DNA of 64,000 bases from Nitrososphaerota archaeon (GTDB lineage: Archaea > Thermoproteota > Nitrososphaeria_A > Caldarchaeales > Caldarchaeaceae), in contig JBEPYN010000002.1 in the NCBI GenBank assembly GCA_041641305.1, positions 128,001-192,000 on the forward strand, written 5' to 3'. The notes below the pieces were generated by a model. It was not told where the DNA came from, searched no databases, and saw only the letters and a list, made by a program, of their open reading frames with translations. The first letter of the stretch is position 1, and each line of letters opens with the position of its first letter. Shown piece by piece: positions 38,851 to 47,796 of this stretch. The position numbers and the translations under genes were made by a program.

Positions 38851-40014
38851 TTATGCCGGGTATTCAGTTGACGTAGTTTTTATGCCGTGTGCAGCAACTT
38901 GTTCCAGAAAAGTCTCGTGGTCTATGCATGTCTCGGGCGGCACAACGCCTCTCTGCTTAACCTCTCCCTCTGCTATCATCATCGCGGCTATCGAGGAGGG
39001 TATGCCTACGCCTGTTTGGGCGCAGCTCATTCTCCACTCGGGCTTCGGCGGAAAAACTATGTCATAAACAAGTTTCACGCTTTTTCCTGATTTTTTGCCG
39101 TGTATGATGAGACGTGTTATCTCCCAGTCGTTGGGTGTCTGGTCGCCTCTGTAGCCGAGTAGGCCGCGTTGCTCCAGCAGCTTGAGGAGAAACCTTCGCG
39201 GAGAAACCTTCACGCCGTCAACATCAATTTCCTCGGAGGATGCGAAGCCCATGTCGGCGAGTTTCTTGACAAATAGAAGCTCAGCACTACCTTCCATCCA
39301 GTCACACTCCTTCAAACCCTTGTCGTGGAAGCTTCTGGGAAAAGTCGCCAGCTCGGAGTGTATCGTGATGTATGTGTCCAGAGGGCCAACCGGAGGCGGA
39401 AAATCAACCCTCTCCATCAGGCTCAGCGGCGGCACGGAGACGATGCGGCCGTCGCGTAGCACGACGGCGTCGAGCGTCATCTCGTCGAAGAGTGTGAGAG
39501 GCGACCATGTGAAGAGAGGCGGGTTTTCGGTGAGGTCGGCTGAGCCGTCCCTGATGTAGACCGCCCGCATTTCATCCAACTGGTCGTAGGCGTGTTTTGC
39601 GACGAGGTTGGTCAACCCCGGCTGGGCGCCCATGCCAACCAAGGCTGTCAAACCCCTGGACCTGAACAAGTCATCAAGCTCAAGCTGTTTCAACGTAACG
39701 TGGTAGAGGCCGCCGTGGTCAACATAGTGGACACCGGCCTGCAAAGCAGCCTTCATCACATCGATGTTGAAGTAGTACTGGACAGCGTTGATGACGACGT
39801 CGCATCCCCTGATAAACGCGGCGGTCTCCTCAACGTTTCGCACATCGATTTTCGCGATGGATAGTTTCTCGCTTTTGACGCTGTTCGCGAGCTTATCAAG
39901 AGCCTTTGGGTTGAAGTCGCCCACACGGACATCGGAGACCTTCTTGTTCTCGAGAAGGTTTCTAACAGCTGCCTGGCCCGTTAAACCTGCTCCACCCAGA
40001 ACAGCTATCCTCAT
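38851..40014 (-). CDS. Saccharopine dehydrogenase-like NAD(P) oxidoreductase (second copy)
   Basis: GGAGLTG, HYVDHGG, GMGAQPGLTN, HSELAT, GVVPPE. Confidence 0.83.
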   Translation of the reverse strand: MRIAVLGGAGLTGQAAVRNLLENKKVSDVRVGDFNPKALDKLANSVKSEKLSIAKIDVRNVEETAAFIRGCDVVINAVQYYFNIDVMKAALQAGVHYVDHGGLYHVTLKQLELDDLFRSRGLTALVGMGAQPGLTNLVAKHAYDQLDEMRAVYIRDGSADLTENPPLFTWSPLTLFDEMTLDAVVLRDGRIVSVPPLSLMERVDFPPPVGPLDTYITIHSELATFPRSFHDKGLKECDWMEGSAELLFVKKLADMGFASSEEIDVDGVKVSPRRFLLKLLEQRGLLGYRGDQTPNDWEITRLIIHGKKSGKSVKLVYDIVFPPKPEWRMSCAQTGVGIPSSIAAMMIAEGEVKQRGVVPPETCIDHETFLEQVAAHGIKTTSTEYPA

Positions 40015-40031
40015 ACCTATCCCTGAGGAGA

Positions 40032-42323
40032 CTATTGTCTCGGGCCTGTGTTTGCAAGTTTCCAGACCACATAGGGTGTGAGCGGTGTTTTCTCTATGTG
40101 TACTCCGTGGGGTGAGAGGGCGTCTTCTACAGCGTTTACGATGGCTTGTGTGAAGCCGATGGTCGCAAGCTCACCCACACCCTTTGTGCCGAGCGGATTG
40201 GGCGCAGGTGTCTCGGTGCGTTCGAGAATCATGGGCGGGGCTTCGGCGGCGCTTGGGATGAGGTAGTCGGCGAAAGAGCTTGTGAGCAATGCTCCGTTTT
40301 CGCCGTAGACAACCTCCTCAAAGAGGGCTTGGCCAAGTGCTTGAACCGCTCCACCGTGTATCTGTCCTTCGACCAGCATGGGGTTGACGACTTTGCCGAC
40401 GTCGTTGACGAGGTAGGCTTTCTTGACCTCGACCCTACCTGTCTCGGGGTAGACCTCGACGAGGGCTAGGTATGCGCCGTATGGGAAGGTTAGCTCGGGG
40501 TTGTAGAAGCTCGTCGCAGCAAGCCCCATCTCCACATCCTCCGGCAGCTTCTCCGGGTCATAAGCCATGGACGCTACCTCTTCGAAGGAGAGGCTTTTCT
40601 CGGGCGCGTCCTTTACGTAGAACTTGCCGTCCTCGAGTGCTATGTCATCGGGGCTGCATTCAAGGTTTTTTGCCGCTATCTTCACCATCTTCGCCCTAAG
40701 CTGGTTGCATGCATTAAGTATGGCGTTGCCTCCCGATGTGAGTGTCCAGCTGCCCGCAGTCCCCCATCCATAGGGAATTGCGAGGGTGTCGCCGTGGATG
40801 ACTTGGACATCATCCATAGAGACGGAGAAGACGTCTGCGACGAGTTGTGCAAAAGCTGTTTCCTCGCCTTGTCCGTGTGGGGAGGTGCTGGTGAAGACGA
40901 GTATTTTTCCGCTTGGCTCGATGCGGACAGATGCGCTCTGGTAAGAGAAGTTGCATACCTCGATGAAGGTTGAAAGCCCTATCCCCACATAGCGGCCCTG
41001 GCCCCGAAGCTCATCACGCATTCTCTTCAACGCAGGGTAGTCAGCCGAGTTGAGCAGAGTGTCCAACGCCTTTGCATAGTCTCCCGAGTCGTAGACAAAT
41101 CCTGTCAAGGTCTTATATGGGAGCTTGTCTGAGGGGATGAAGTTTCTGCGTCTGATTTCCGCCGGGTCTATGCCGAGTTTACGGGCTATGATCTCCATTG
41201 TTCTCTCGATGATGAAAGAGGCCTCGGGTCTGCCTGCTCCCCGATAAGCGTCTGTCGCCATCTTGTTTGTGTAAACTCCGATGACCTCGAGCTCGAGACC
41301 CTGTATCATGTAGCAGCCCTGAACCATCCTAGCAGCCATTATCGGGTTATCCTGCGTGTAGACATAGTTGTATGCGCCGAGGTCGGCCAAAAGCCTGAGA
41401 CGGAGAGCGAGAACCTCGCCACTTCTCTTAACGGCTGCTGAGACATAGGCTATCATGTCTCTGCCATGGGTGGTGGCTGCGAGGTTTTCACCACGTTCCT
41501 CAAACCATTTAACGGGCCTTCCCAGCTGCATAGCCAGATAAGGTATTATGATTTCTTCGGGGTAGTGGTTTAGCTTAGAGCCGAACCCTCCTCCAACCTC
41601 TGGCGCGATAACCCTCACCCTGTTCTCAGGCATGTTCAGCGATGTAGATATCCACGTACGGAGACGGTGCGGAAACTGTGTAGAAGACCAGACAGTCAGC
41701 ATCCTGTTGTAGCCGTCATAGTGGGCTACCACGCCGCGTGGCTCCATAGCCGACGGCGCAAGACGTTGAATAACAATACGTGCATTCACGGCCTCGTCAG
41801 CGTCGCTGAACAGCTTCTCAACATCGCCGTAAACCCTCCTCCACCTAAAGCAGACATTGTCTTCAAGCGTTTCATGAACACGTGGAGCATCTTTCTCGAG
41901 AGCCTTCTCCGGGTCTACCACGGCGGGGAGAGGCTCATACTCGACTTGGATAAGCTCTGCAGCGTCTTTAGCGGTGTATAGGTCCTCCGCCACAACCACG
42001 GCAACAGGCTCGCCCTGAAACTTGACAACATCGACTGCGAGCGGCTCACGTTTGACGAACCTCTCCTCATCCATTATGGTTTCAACAACCTGCGAACCCA
42101 CCTTTCCACTCAGGTCCCGACCCGTCAAAACCGCGACAACACCCTTGACTTTTTTCGCCGCCGAAACATCGATGGACTTTATTCTCGCATGTGCGTGAGG
42201 GCTTCTCACAAAAACCGCGTAAACCATACCCGGAAGCCTGATGTCATCGACATAGGTTGATTCCCCCTTTACGAGACGCGGGTCCTCCTTCCGCTTTACA
42301 GCCGAGCCCACTAGCTTGGCCAT
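40032..42323 (-). CDS. Xanthine-dehydrogenase-family molybdopterin large subunit (CoxL form II / aldehyde oxidoreductase-like)
   Basis: RKEDPRL, RSPHAHARI, MEPRG, VGGGFGSK, AYRGAGRPE, HGQG, VEGQIHGG, GTKGVGE; start moved to ATG 42323. Confidence 0.9.
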   Translation of the reverse strand: MAKLVGSAVKRKEDPRLVKGESTYVDDIRLPGMVYAVFVRSPHAHARIKSIDVSAAKKVKGVVAVLTGRDLSGKVGSQVVETIMDEERFVKREPLAVDVVKFQGEPVAVVVAEDLYTAKDAAELIQVEYEPLPAVVDPEKALEKDAPRVHETLEDNVCFRWRRVYGDVEKLFSDADEAVNARIVIQRLAPSAMEPRGVVAHYDGYNRMLTVWSSTQFPHRLRTWISTSLNMPENRVRVIAPEVGGGFGSKLNHYPEEIIIPYLAMQLGRPVKWFEERGENLAATTHGRDMIAYVSAAVKRSGEVLALRLRLLADLGAYNYVYTQDNPIMAARMVQGCYMIQGLELEVIGVYTNKMATDAYRGAGRPEASFIIERTMEIIARKLGIDPAEIRRRNFIPSDKLPYKTLTGFVYDSGDYAKALDTLLNSADYPALKRMRDELRGQGRYVGIGLSTFIEVCNFSYQSASVRIEPSGKILVFTSTSPHGQGEETAFAQLVADVFSVSMDDVQVIHGDTLAIPYGWGTAGSWTLTSGGNAILNACNQLRAKMVKIAAKNLECSPDDIALEDGKFYVKDAPEKSLSFEEVASMAYDPEKLPEDVEMGLAATSFYNPELTFPYGAYLALVEVYPETGRVEVKKAYLVNDVGKVVNPMLVEGQIHGGAVQALGQALFEEVVYGENGALLTSSFADYLIPSAAEAPPMILERTETPAPNPLGTKGVGELATIGFTQAIVNAVEDALSPHGVHIEKTPLTPYVVWKLANTGPRQ

Positions 42324-42396
42324 GTACTTATTTGAATAATGGCGGGTATAAAAAATTCCCGGCTCATAAATGTTATATCTCTGAGGGCTGTCTGAG

Positions 42397-43740
42397 TTGT
42401 TCATGGATGACGTTGTTGAAGACACGATAAAGTACACCTATGGAACGTGGCGACGGCAGAGGGGTTGGAAGCCTCTCCACGTGGTCGATGCGGAGGGATG
42501 CTACTTCACCGATGCCTCGGGGAAAAAGTATCTCGATTTTTCTTCGCAGCTCGTCTGTGTAAACCTCGGCCACAGGAACAGAAACGTCATCGAAGCTGTG
42601 AAAAACTATCTCGAGAAAACACCGTATCTTACGCCTGCTTTCACGTGTGATGTGCGGGCGGAGCTTAGCAGGAAACTTGTCGAGATACTGCCGCCTGGTC
42701 TAAGAAAATTCTTCTACAGCACTTCGGGGACAGAGGCCAACGAGGCCGCTCTCAAAATCTCCCGCGCATACACGAGGAGGCATAAGATAATCGCGCGCTA
42801 CCGCTCCTACCATGGAGCGACAGCCGCCTCCATGGCCGTTACGGGAGAGGTTCGCCGCTGGTACACAGAGGCTTTCCACTCGGTGCCTGGAACAGTCTAT
42901 GCACCGGACCCATATTGTTACCGCTGCCCACTCAAGCTCACTTATCCCGAATGCGGTGTCGCGTGCGCTGATTATGTGGACTACATGTTGGAGCATGATG
43001 GTAACGTGGCTGCTGTGATTGTGGAGCCTGTTGTGGGGACAAACGGTGTCATCGTGCCGCCTCCCGAGTATCTGCCGAAGCTGCGTGAGATAACTCGGAA
43101 ACATGGTGTGCTCTTGATAGCTGATGAGGTGATGAGCGCCTGGGGCCGTGTAGGCGAATGGTTCGCCGTCAACCACTGGAACGTCGAGCCCGACATTCTC
43201 ACCACAGCCAAGGGCATAACATCCGCCATCCTTCCACTGGGTGTAACAGCCACCTCGGAAAAAATCAGCGAATACTTCGACGACAACCTCTTTCCACATG
43301 GTCACACATATGAGGCGCATCCGCTCACGTTGGCGGCGGCTGTGGCGGCCATAGACGAGTACAGGAGGCTTAACCTGATCGAGCGGTCGAGGAGGATGGG
43401 CGAGTATCTGGGGAAGCGGTTGAAGGAAGTGGGTGAAAGGCATCCATCGGTGGGTGAGGTGAGGGGCCTCGGCCTCTTCTGGGCGGTTGACCTCACCAAG
43501 AACCAGAGGACACGGGAGCCCTTCAACGTGCCGAAAGACAAGTACGCCGGAGCACCCCTCGTCGTCGAACAGGTCGCCGCTGAGATGATGAAGCAGGGCG
43601 TCTACACCATGTCTTGGATAAACCACCTCGTCATCGCGCCTCCACTCATAGTCGAGAAAGAGGACATCGACAAAGGCGTCGAGGCTCTTGACAAGGCGCT
43701 AAAAGTAGCTGATGAAAAAACCGAGAAAAACGCCCAATAA
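42397..43740 (+). CDS. Class-III PLP aminotransferase (omega-amine/taurine/beta-alanine:pyruvate type)
   Basis: YLDFSSQL, SGTEANE, SYHGAT, CYRCP, EPVVG, ADEVM, TAKGITS, HGHTY. Confidence 0.88.
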   Translation: MFMDDVVEDTIKYTYGTWRRQRGWKPLHVVDAEGCYFTDASGKKYLDFSSQLVCVNLGHRNRNVIEAVKNYLEKTPYLTPAFTCDVRAELSRKLVEILPPGLRKFFYSTSGTEANEAALKISRAYTRRHKIIARYRSYHGATAASMAVTGEVRRWYTEAFHSVPGTVYAPDPYCYRCPLKLTYPECGVACADYVDYMLEHDGNVAAVIVEPVVGTNGVIVPPPEYLPKLREITRKHGVLLIADEVMSAWGRVGEWFAVNHWNVEPDILTTAKGITSAILPLGVTATSEKISEYFDDNLFPHGHTYEAHPLTLAAAVAAIDEYRRLNLIERSRRMGEYLGKRLKEVGERHPSVGEVRGLGLFWAVDLTKNQRTREPFNVPKDKYAGAPLVVEQVAAEMMKQGVYTMSWINHLVIAPPLIVEKEDIDKGVEALDKALKVADEKTEKNAQ

Positions 43741-43991
43741 GCCAAAATAAGGAAAAATAAGGCTTTCTAAGCCGCCAAACAAATTTTTAAACATTACCAC
43801 GCCTCGTTTACATGCTCTTAACTGGATGTGGGCAACGGAGAGCCGTGGCTCTGGGACGCCGGTCTAACATTTCGCGTTAAAGGGTTTTTTCCGCTATTTT
43901 CCACTGTTTTACGGCGTTTTTATTAATTTATTGGTAGAAAAAGGATAAATCTGGCAGAAAAATACATCCGCCCAGAAGGAGGTGTAGTTGC

Positions 43992-45320
43992 ATGATGAAA
44001 ACACTCCTCCACAGGAAAACCAAGTCGGAGGAGCTATTGAATGAAGCTAGAAAAATCATTCCAACTGGCGCGTCCTCAGTGATGCGCACCCGCATACCCA
44101 ACACCATGTTTGCTATCAAGGGAAGAGGCGCCCACATATGGGACGTCGACGGCAACGAATACATCGACTATCTGCTGGGCTTCGGCGCTTTGATCAACGG
44201 CCACTGTCACCCGAGGATTGTGGAGGCTGTTAAGAGGCAGGCTGAGGAGCTTCTGATGAGCGGTACACCAGTCGAGCTCGAGATGGAGGTCGCGAAGAAG
44301 ATTCAGCGTGTTGTTCCCAACGCGGAGATGGTGCTCTTCGCGTCGACCGGGACCGAGGCGACGATGGAGGCCATCAGAATCGCGAGAGCTGTGACAGGCA
44401 AGACAAAGATAATCAAGTTCGAGGGCTCCTACCACGGCCACCATGACTACGTGCTGTGGAGCGTTGAGTCATCGAACCCAGGCCTCGAGATATCACCGTT
44501 CCGGATCCCCTACTACCCAGGCATACCCGAGTCCGTTGGAAAAACCGTCACCATAGCACCGTGGAACAACCTTGAAGCGCTGCGAAAAATTGTGCGCCGT
44601 AACCGCAGCAACCTCGCAGCAATTATAGCCGAGCCTGTGATGGCGAACAACGGCGTCATCCCCCCCAAGCCCGGGTTCCTCAAGGCGTTGAAGGAGCTTG
44701 CTGAAGAGGCTGAGGCCCTGCTCATCTTCGACGAGGTAATCACAGGCTTCAGGCTTGCCCCAGGCGGCGCACAGGAACATTTCGGCGTCAAAGCGGACCT
44801 CGCCACCTTCGGAAAAGCTCTCGGAGGAGGAGTGCCAATAGCCGCTGTCACGGGCCGCAGAGACATTCTCGAAAACATAGGCCCCGGTAAGATAGGGTTC
44901 GGGGGAACATACAACGCACATCCAGTCAGCCTCGCGGCTACCTCGGCGAACCTCGACATCCTCCTCGAAAACGGCGGAGAAGCCTTCCACAGACTACACG
45001 CCACAGGCGAGAAGCTGATGCAGGGTCTCCGAGAAGCCATAGAGGACACGGGTGTCAAAGCAATGGTTCAGGGCATCGGCCCCCTCTTCCAAGTCTACTT
45101 CACAGACCTGCCTGAGATAACATCCTACAGGGAGCGGCTGGCCGTAGATCCGCAGGCCTACACCGAGTGGGCCCTGGAACTCTTTGAACGAGGTGTCTTC
45201 ATCTACGCAGACGACGGTGAGAGGATCCTGATCTCGACACAACACACAGACGAGGATGTTGAGAAGACCGTCGCCGCGGCTGAAGAGGCCTTCCGAGCTG
45301 TTAAGGCAAGGTTCAACTGA
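43992..45320 (+). CDS. Class-III PLP aminotransferase (GSA-aminomutase-like), second copy
   Basis: WDVDGNEYID, STGTEATM, KFEGSYHGHHD, FDEVITGFR, GKALGGG, GGTYNAHP; SD AGGAGGTG at 43977-43984. Confidence 0.87.
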   Translation: MMKTLLHRKTKSEELLNEARKIIPTGASSVMRTRIPNTMFAIKGRGAHIWDVDGNEYIDYLLGFGALINGHCHPRIVEAVKRQAEELLMSGTPVELEMEVAKKIQRVVPNAEMVLFASTGTEATMEAIRIARAVTGKTKIIKFEGSYHGHHDYVLWSVESSNPGLEISPFRIPYYPGIPESVGKTVTIAPWNNLEALRKIVRRNRSNLAAIIAEPVMANNGVIPPKPGFLKALKELAEEAEALLIFDEVITGFRLAPGGAQEHFGVKADLATFGKALGGGVPIAAVTGRRDILENIGPGKIGFGGTYNAHPVSLAATSANLDILLENGGEAFHRLHATGEKLMQGLREAIEDTGVKAMVQGIGPLFQVYFTDLPEITSYRERLAVDPQAYTEWALELFERGVFIYADDGERILISTQHTDEDVEKTVAAAEEAFRAVKARFN

Positions 45321-46620
45321 CCTGTTTAGAGACCTCTTTCAACGATTCTTCGACGGTGTCGAGACCCTTCTCCAGCGTCTCCTCCTCGATTGTAAGCGGC
45401 GGATGAAATCTTACAACGTTTGAGTAAAGCCCGGCTTTGAGCAGCAATACTCCTCGGCGTCTCGCGTTCTCCAGTAGGGCTGTCGTCTCCTTGACCGCTG
45501 GCTCCTTGCTCCGCCTGTCCTTGACCAGCTCAAAAGCCCTCATCACACCCAAGCCTCTAACGTCGCCCACGAGCTCAAACCTCTCAAGAAACTCTTCAAG
45601 CCTCCTCCCCATTTTTTCACCGAGACGCATAGCACGGTCGGCCATGTTTTCACGCCGCATTATCTCGAAGACTTTGACCGCTGCTGCGCATGAGACAGGG
45701 TTTCCCCCGAACGTTGAGCCCAGGGAGCCGGGAGGCATTCCGTCCATTAGCGAGGCTTTTCCCGCAACACCTGCGAGCGGGAGACCATTTGCCATAGCTT
45801 TACCAACTGTCACGAGGTCTGGCACCACCCCGCTGTGCTCGACGGCGTAGAAACGCCCTGTCCTGCAGAACCCTGTCTGAACCTCGTCATCTATCAAGAC
45901 TATGCCGTTTTCGTCGCAGATGTTTCGCAGCTCCCTAAGATACTCTGGCGGAGCAGGCACAAACCCGCCTTCACCCTGGACGGGCTCTATGATGAAACAC
46001 GCTATCTTATGCGGTGGAACCCTTGCCTTGAAGAAATGTTTTTTGACATAGTCCATGCATTCGAGGCCGCAGCCGGGATAGCTCTGCCCAAACGGGCAAC
46101 GGTAGCAGTAGGGGAATGGGACATGCTCAACCGCTGGTGGGAAGGGTTCGAAGTCAACCTTGTATGGCTCATACTTGCCTGTCAAGGCCATGGCGAGATA
46201 TGTGCGGCCGTGGAAAGAGTTCTCGAAAGACACCGCATAAGGTCTCTTAGTCATGTGGCGAGCTATTTTTACAGCGTTCTCAACAGCCTCGGCGCCGCTG
46301 TTTAACAATATACCTCGTTTCTCGAAATCTCCGGGAATGGTCTCGACAAGCTTCTCAACAACCTCCACGTAGCCGGGGTAGTTGGCAACCATTATACAGA
46401 GATGCCATGGGTTCTTCAACGCTTTTTCAACGGCTTCCCCTATCTCGGGGTTACCGTGTCCAAGGTTCACCACACCTATGCCCGAGGTGAAGTCGATGTA
46501 GTTGTTGCCCTCGGAGTCAATGAGCACAGCGTTCTCGCCGCGTATGATGGTTAGCGGATGGACAAGCGTAACCCCGGGAGAAACAAGTCGCCTAAGTTCT
46601 AGAAACTTGTTCACGTCCAA
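45313..46620 (-). CDS. gabT: 4-aminobutyrate aminotransferase-like class-III aminotransferase
   Basis: YIDFTSGIGV, NSGAEAVENAVKIAR, FHGRT, EPVQGEGG, DEVQTGFCRTG, GKAMANG; start moved to TTG 46620. Confidence 0.8.
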   Translation of the reverse strand: MDVNKFLELRRLVSPGVTLVHPLTIIRGENAVLIDSEGNNYIDFTSGIGVVNLGHGNPEIGEAVEKALKNPWHLCIMVANYPGYVEVVEKLVETIPGDFEKRGILLNSGAEAVENAVKIARHMTKRPYAVSFENSFHGRTYLAMALTGKYEPYKVDFEPFPPAVEHVPFPYCYRCPFGQSYPGCGLECMDYVKKHFFKARVPPHKIACFIIEPVQGEGGFVPAPPEYLRELRNICDENGIVLIDDEVQTGFCRTGRFYAVEHSGVVPDLVTVGKAMANGLPLAGVAGKASLMDGMPPGSLGSTFGGNPVSCAAAVKVFEIMRRENMADRAMRLGEKMGRRLEEFLERFELVGDVRGLGVMRAFELVKDRRSKEPAVKETTALLENARRRGVLLLKAGLYSNVVRFHPPLTIEEETLEKGLDTVEESLKEVSKQVS

Positions 46621-46700
46621 GACTATTTTCCGGTCTGAAAAAAGGGTTTCTAAACGTGCCGCTCGTGGTTTAAAACACGCCTCTAGACTGTTTACATGGG

Positions 46701-47669
46701 TTGGCGGAGACCTGGGAGCTGGCTGATGGCGTGGATGTTGTCGAGCTGGATGAGGATGTTGAATTTCCTGTCCGCTGCTTCCTGCTAAGAGACGGTGAAG
46801 CAAAAATGCTTGTTGACACAGGATATATCGAGACTGTGCCACAGCTTCTAAGCATTCTGGAAAAGCACAAGGTTTCACGCATTCTTTTGACACATCTCCA
46901 CATAGACCATTCGGGCGGAGCCCTAGCCGTGAAAAAAGCCAAAAACGCGCCCATCATCTACCACAGGCTTGAGCTGGAGAGTCTCAACACCGCCGTCAAC
47001 ATAGACAGAAGAGTTTACAAAATGTTCTCAGGCCTCTCAATTGATTTTCTCGACGATGCCATGCATCTTTTAAAAGGCTTGCCGCAGCCCGACGAATTCG
47101 TTGAAGAAGGCATGACACTATCTATGTGGAGAGTGATGCATACACCTGGCCACACTCCTGGACATGTCATCCTCGTGGGCGAGGACCACGCCATCACGGG
47201 AGACCTCATACTCATGGAGGAAACCTCCAACGTCGCCTACGTGCCCCTACCAGGTTACCATCCACTAAGGAGTTACCTTGAAAGCTTGGTAAAAGTGACG
47301 CAGCTGGATGTGGAGACGCTTGTTCCATCACACGGGCCCCTGATAAGGGACCCGGTGTCGAGAGTGAGGGAAATCTTCAACCATCATCGTGAGAGGCTTA
47401 GGCAGGCGGCGTCGGCGTTGGAGAAAGGCCGTTTATCGCTTAGGGAGGTGGCCGAGGAAATCAAGTGGTCGAAGGGCAGCTTCTCCTCTCTCACGCCGCT
47501 GGACAAATGGCTCGCACTCCTCGAAACCCTCTCACACCTCGACTTCCTCACGGAAACAGGCTACGCAGAACCAGACATCAACCTAACATACACGTTGAGC
47601 AAAAACCCTGACTGGCGAAAGGTTGTGCAAAATCTGGCGCAGCTCTCCAACGGCATATACCAGCCATAA
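46701..47669 (+). CDS. MBL-fold metallo-hydrolase with C-terminal winged-helix-like domain
   Basis: THLHIDHSGG, TPGHTPGH, TGD, PSHG, ETLSHL. Confidence 0.85.
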   Translation: MAETWELADGVDVVELDEDVEFPVRCFLLRDGEAKMLVDTGYIETVPQLLSILEKHKVSRILLTHLHIDHSGGALAVKKAKNAPIIYHRLELESLNTAVNIDRRVYKMFSGLSIDFLDDAMHLLKGLPQPDEFVEEGMTLSMWRVMHTPGHTPGHVILVGEDHAITGDLILMEETSNVAYVPLPGYHPLRSYLESLVKVTQLDVETLVPSHGPLIRDPVSRVREIFNHHRERLRQAASALEKGRLSLREVAEEIKWSKGSFSSLTPLDKWLALLETLSHLDFLTETGYAEPDINLTYTLSKNPDWRKVVQNLAQLSNGIYQP

Positions 47670-47676
47670 CACATCC

Positions 47677-47729
47677 AAAAGCGGCTTTCAACCGTGGAGC
47701 TGATGTGTCCCGGCCACTTAGCCGCTTTT
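47677..47729. repeat. Intergenic inverted repeat / hairpin
   Basis: AAAAGCGGCT (47677-47686) and AGCCGCTTTT (47720-47729) form a perfect 10-bp stem; inner GTGG/CCAC stem. Confidence 0.6.
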
Positions 47730-47796
47730 CGTTTCCCCCACCCCGGGTGAGTATCTTTTTATATCGTCGGGGCCTCTGCAGGGATAGGCGAAGCGT

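Noticed and set aside
40032-42323. Aerobic CO dehydrogenase (form I CoxL)
   Set aside because: Lacks the AYxCSFR Cu-binding motif and has no coxMS or accessory genes nearby.
42700-43626. 308-aa antisense ORF (and similar ones at 34976-35668, 6004-6627, 55632-56252)
   Set aside because: Fully overlap well-supported genes on the opposite strand; no recognisable domains.
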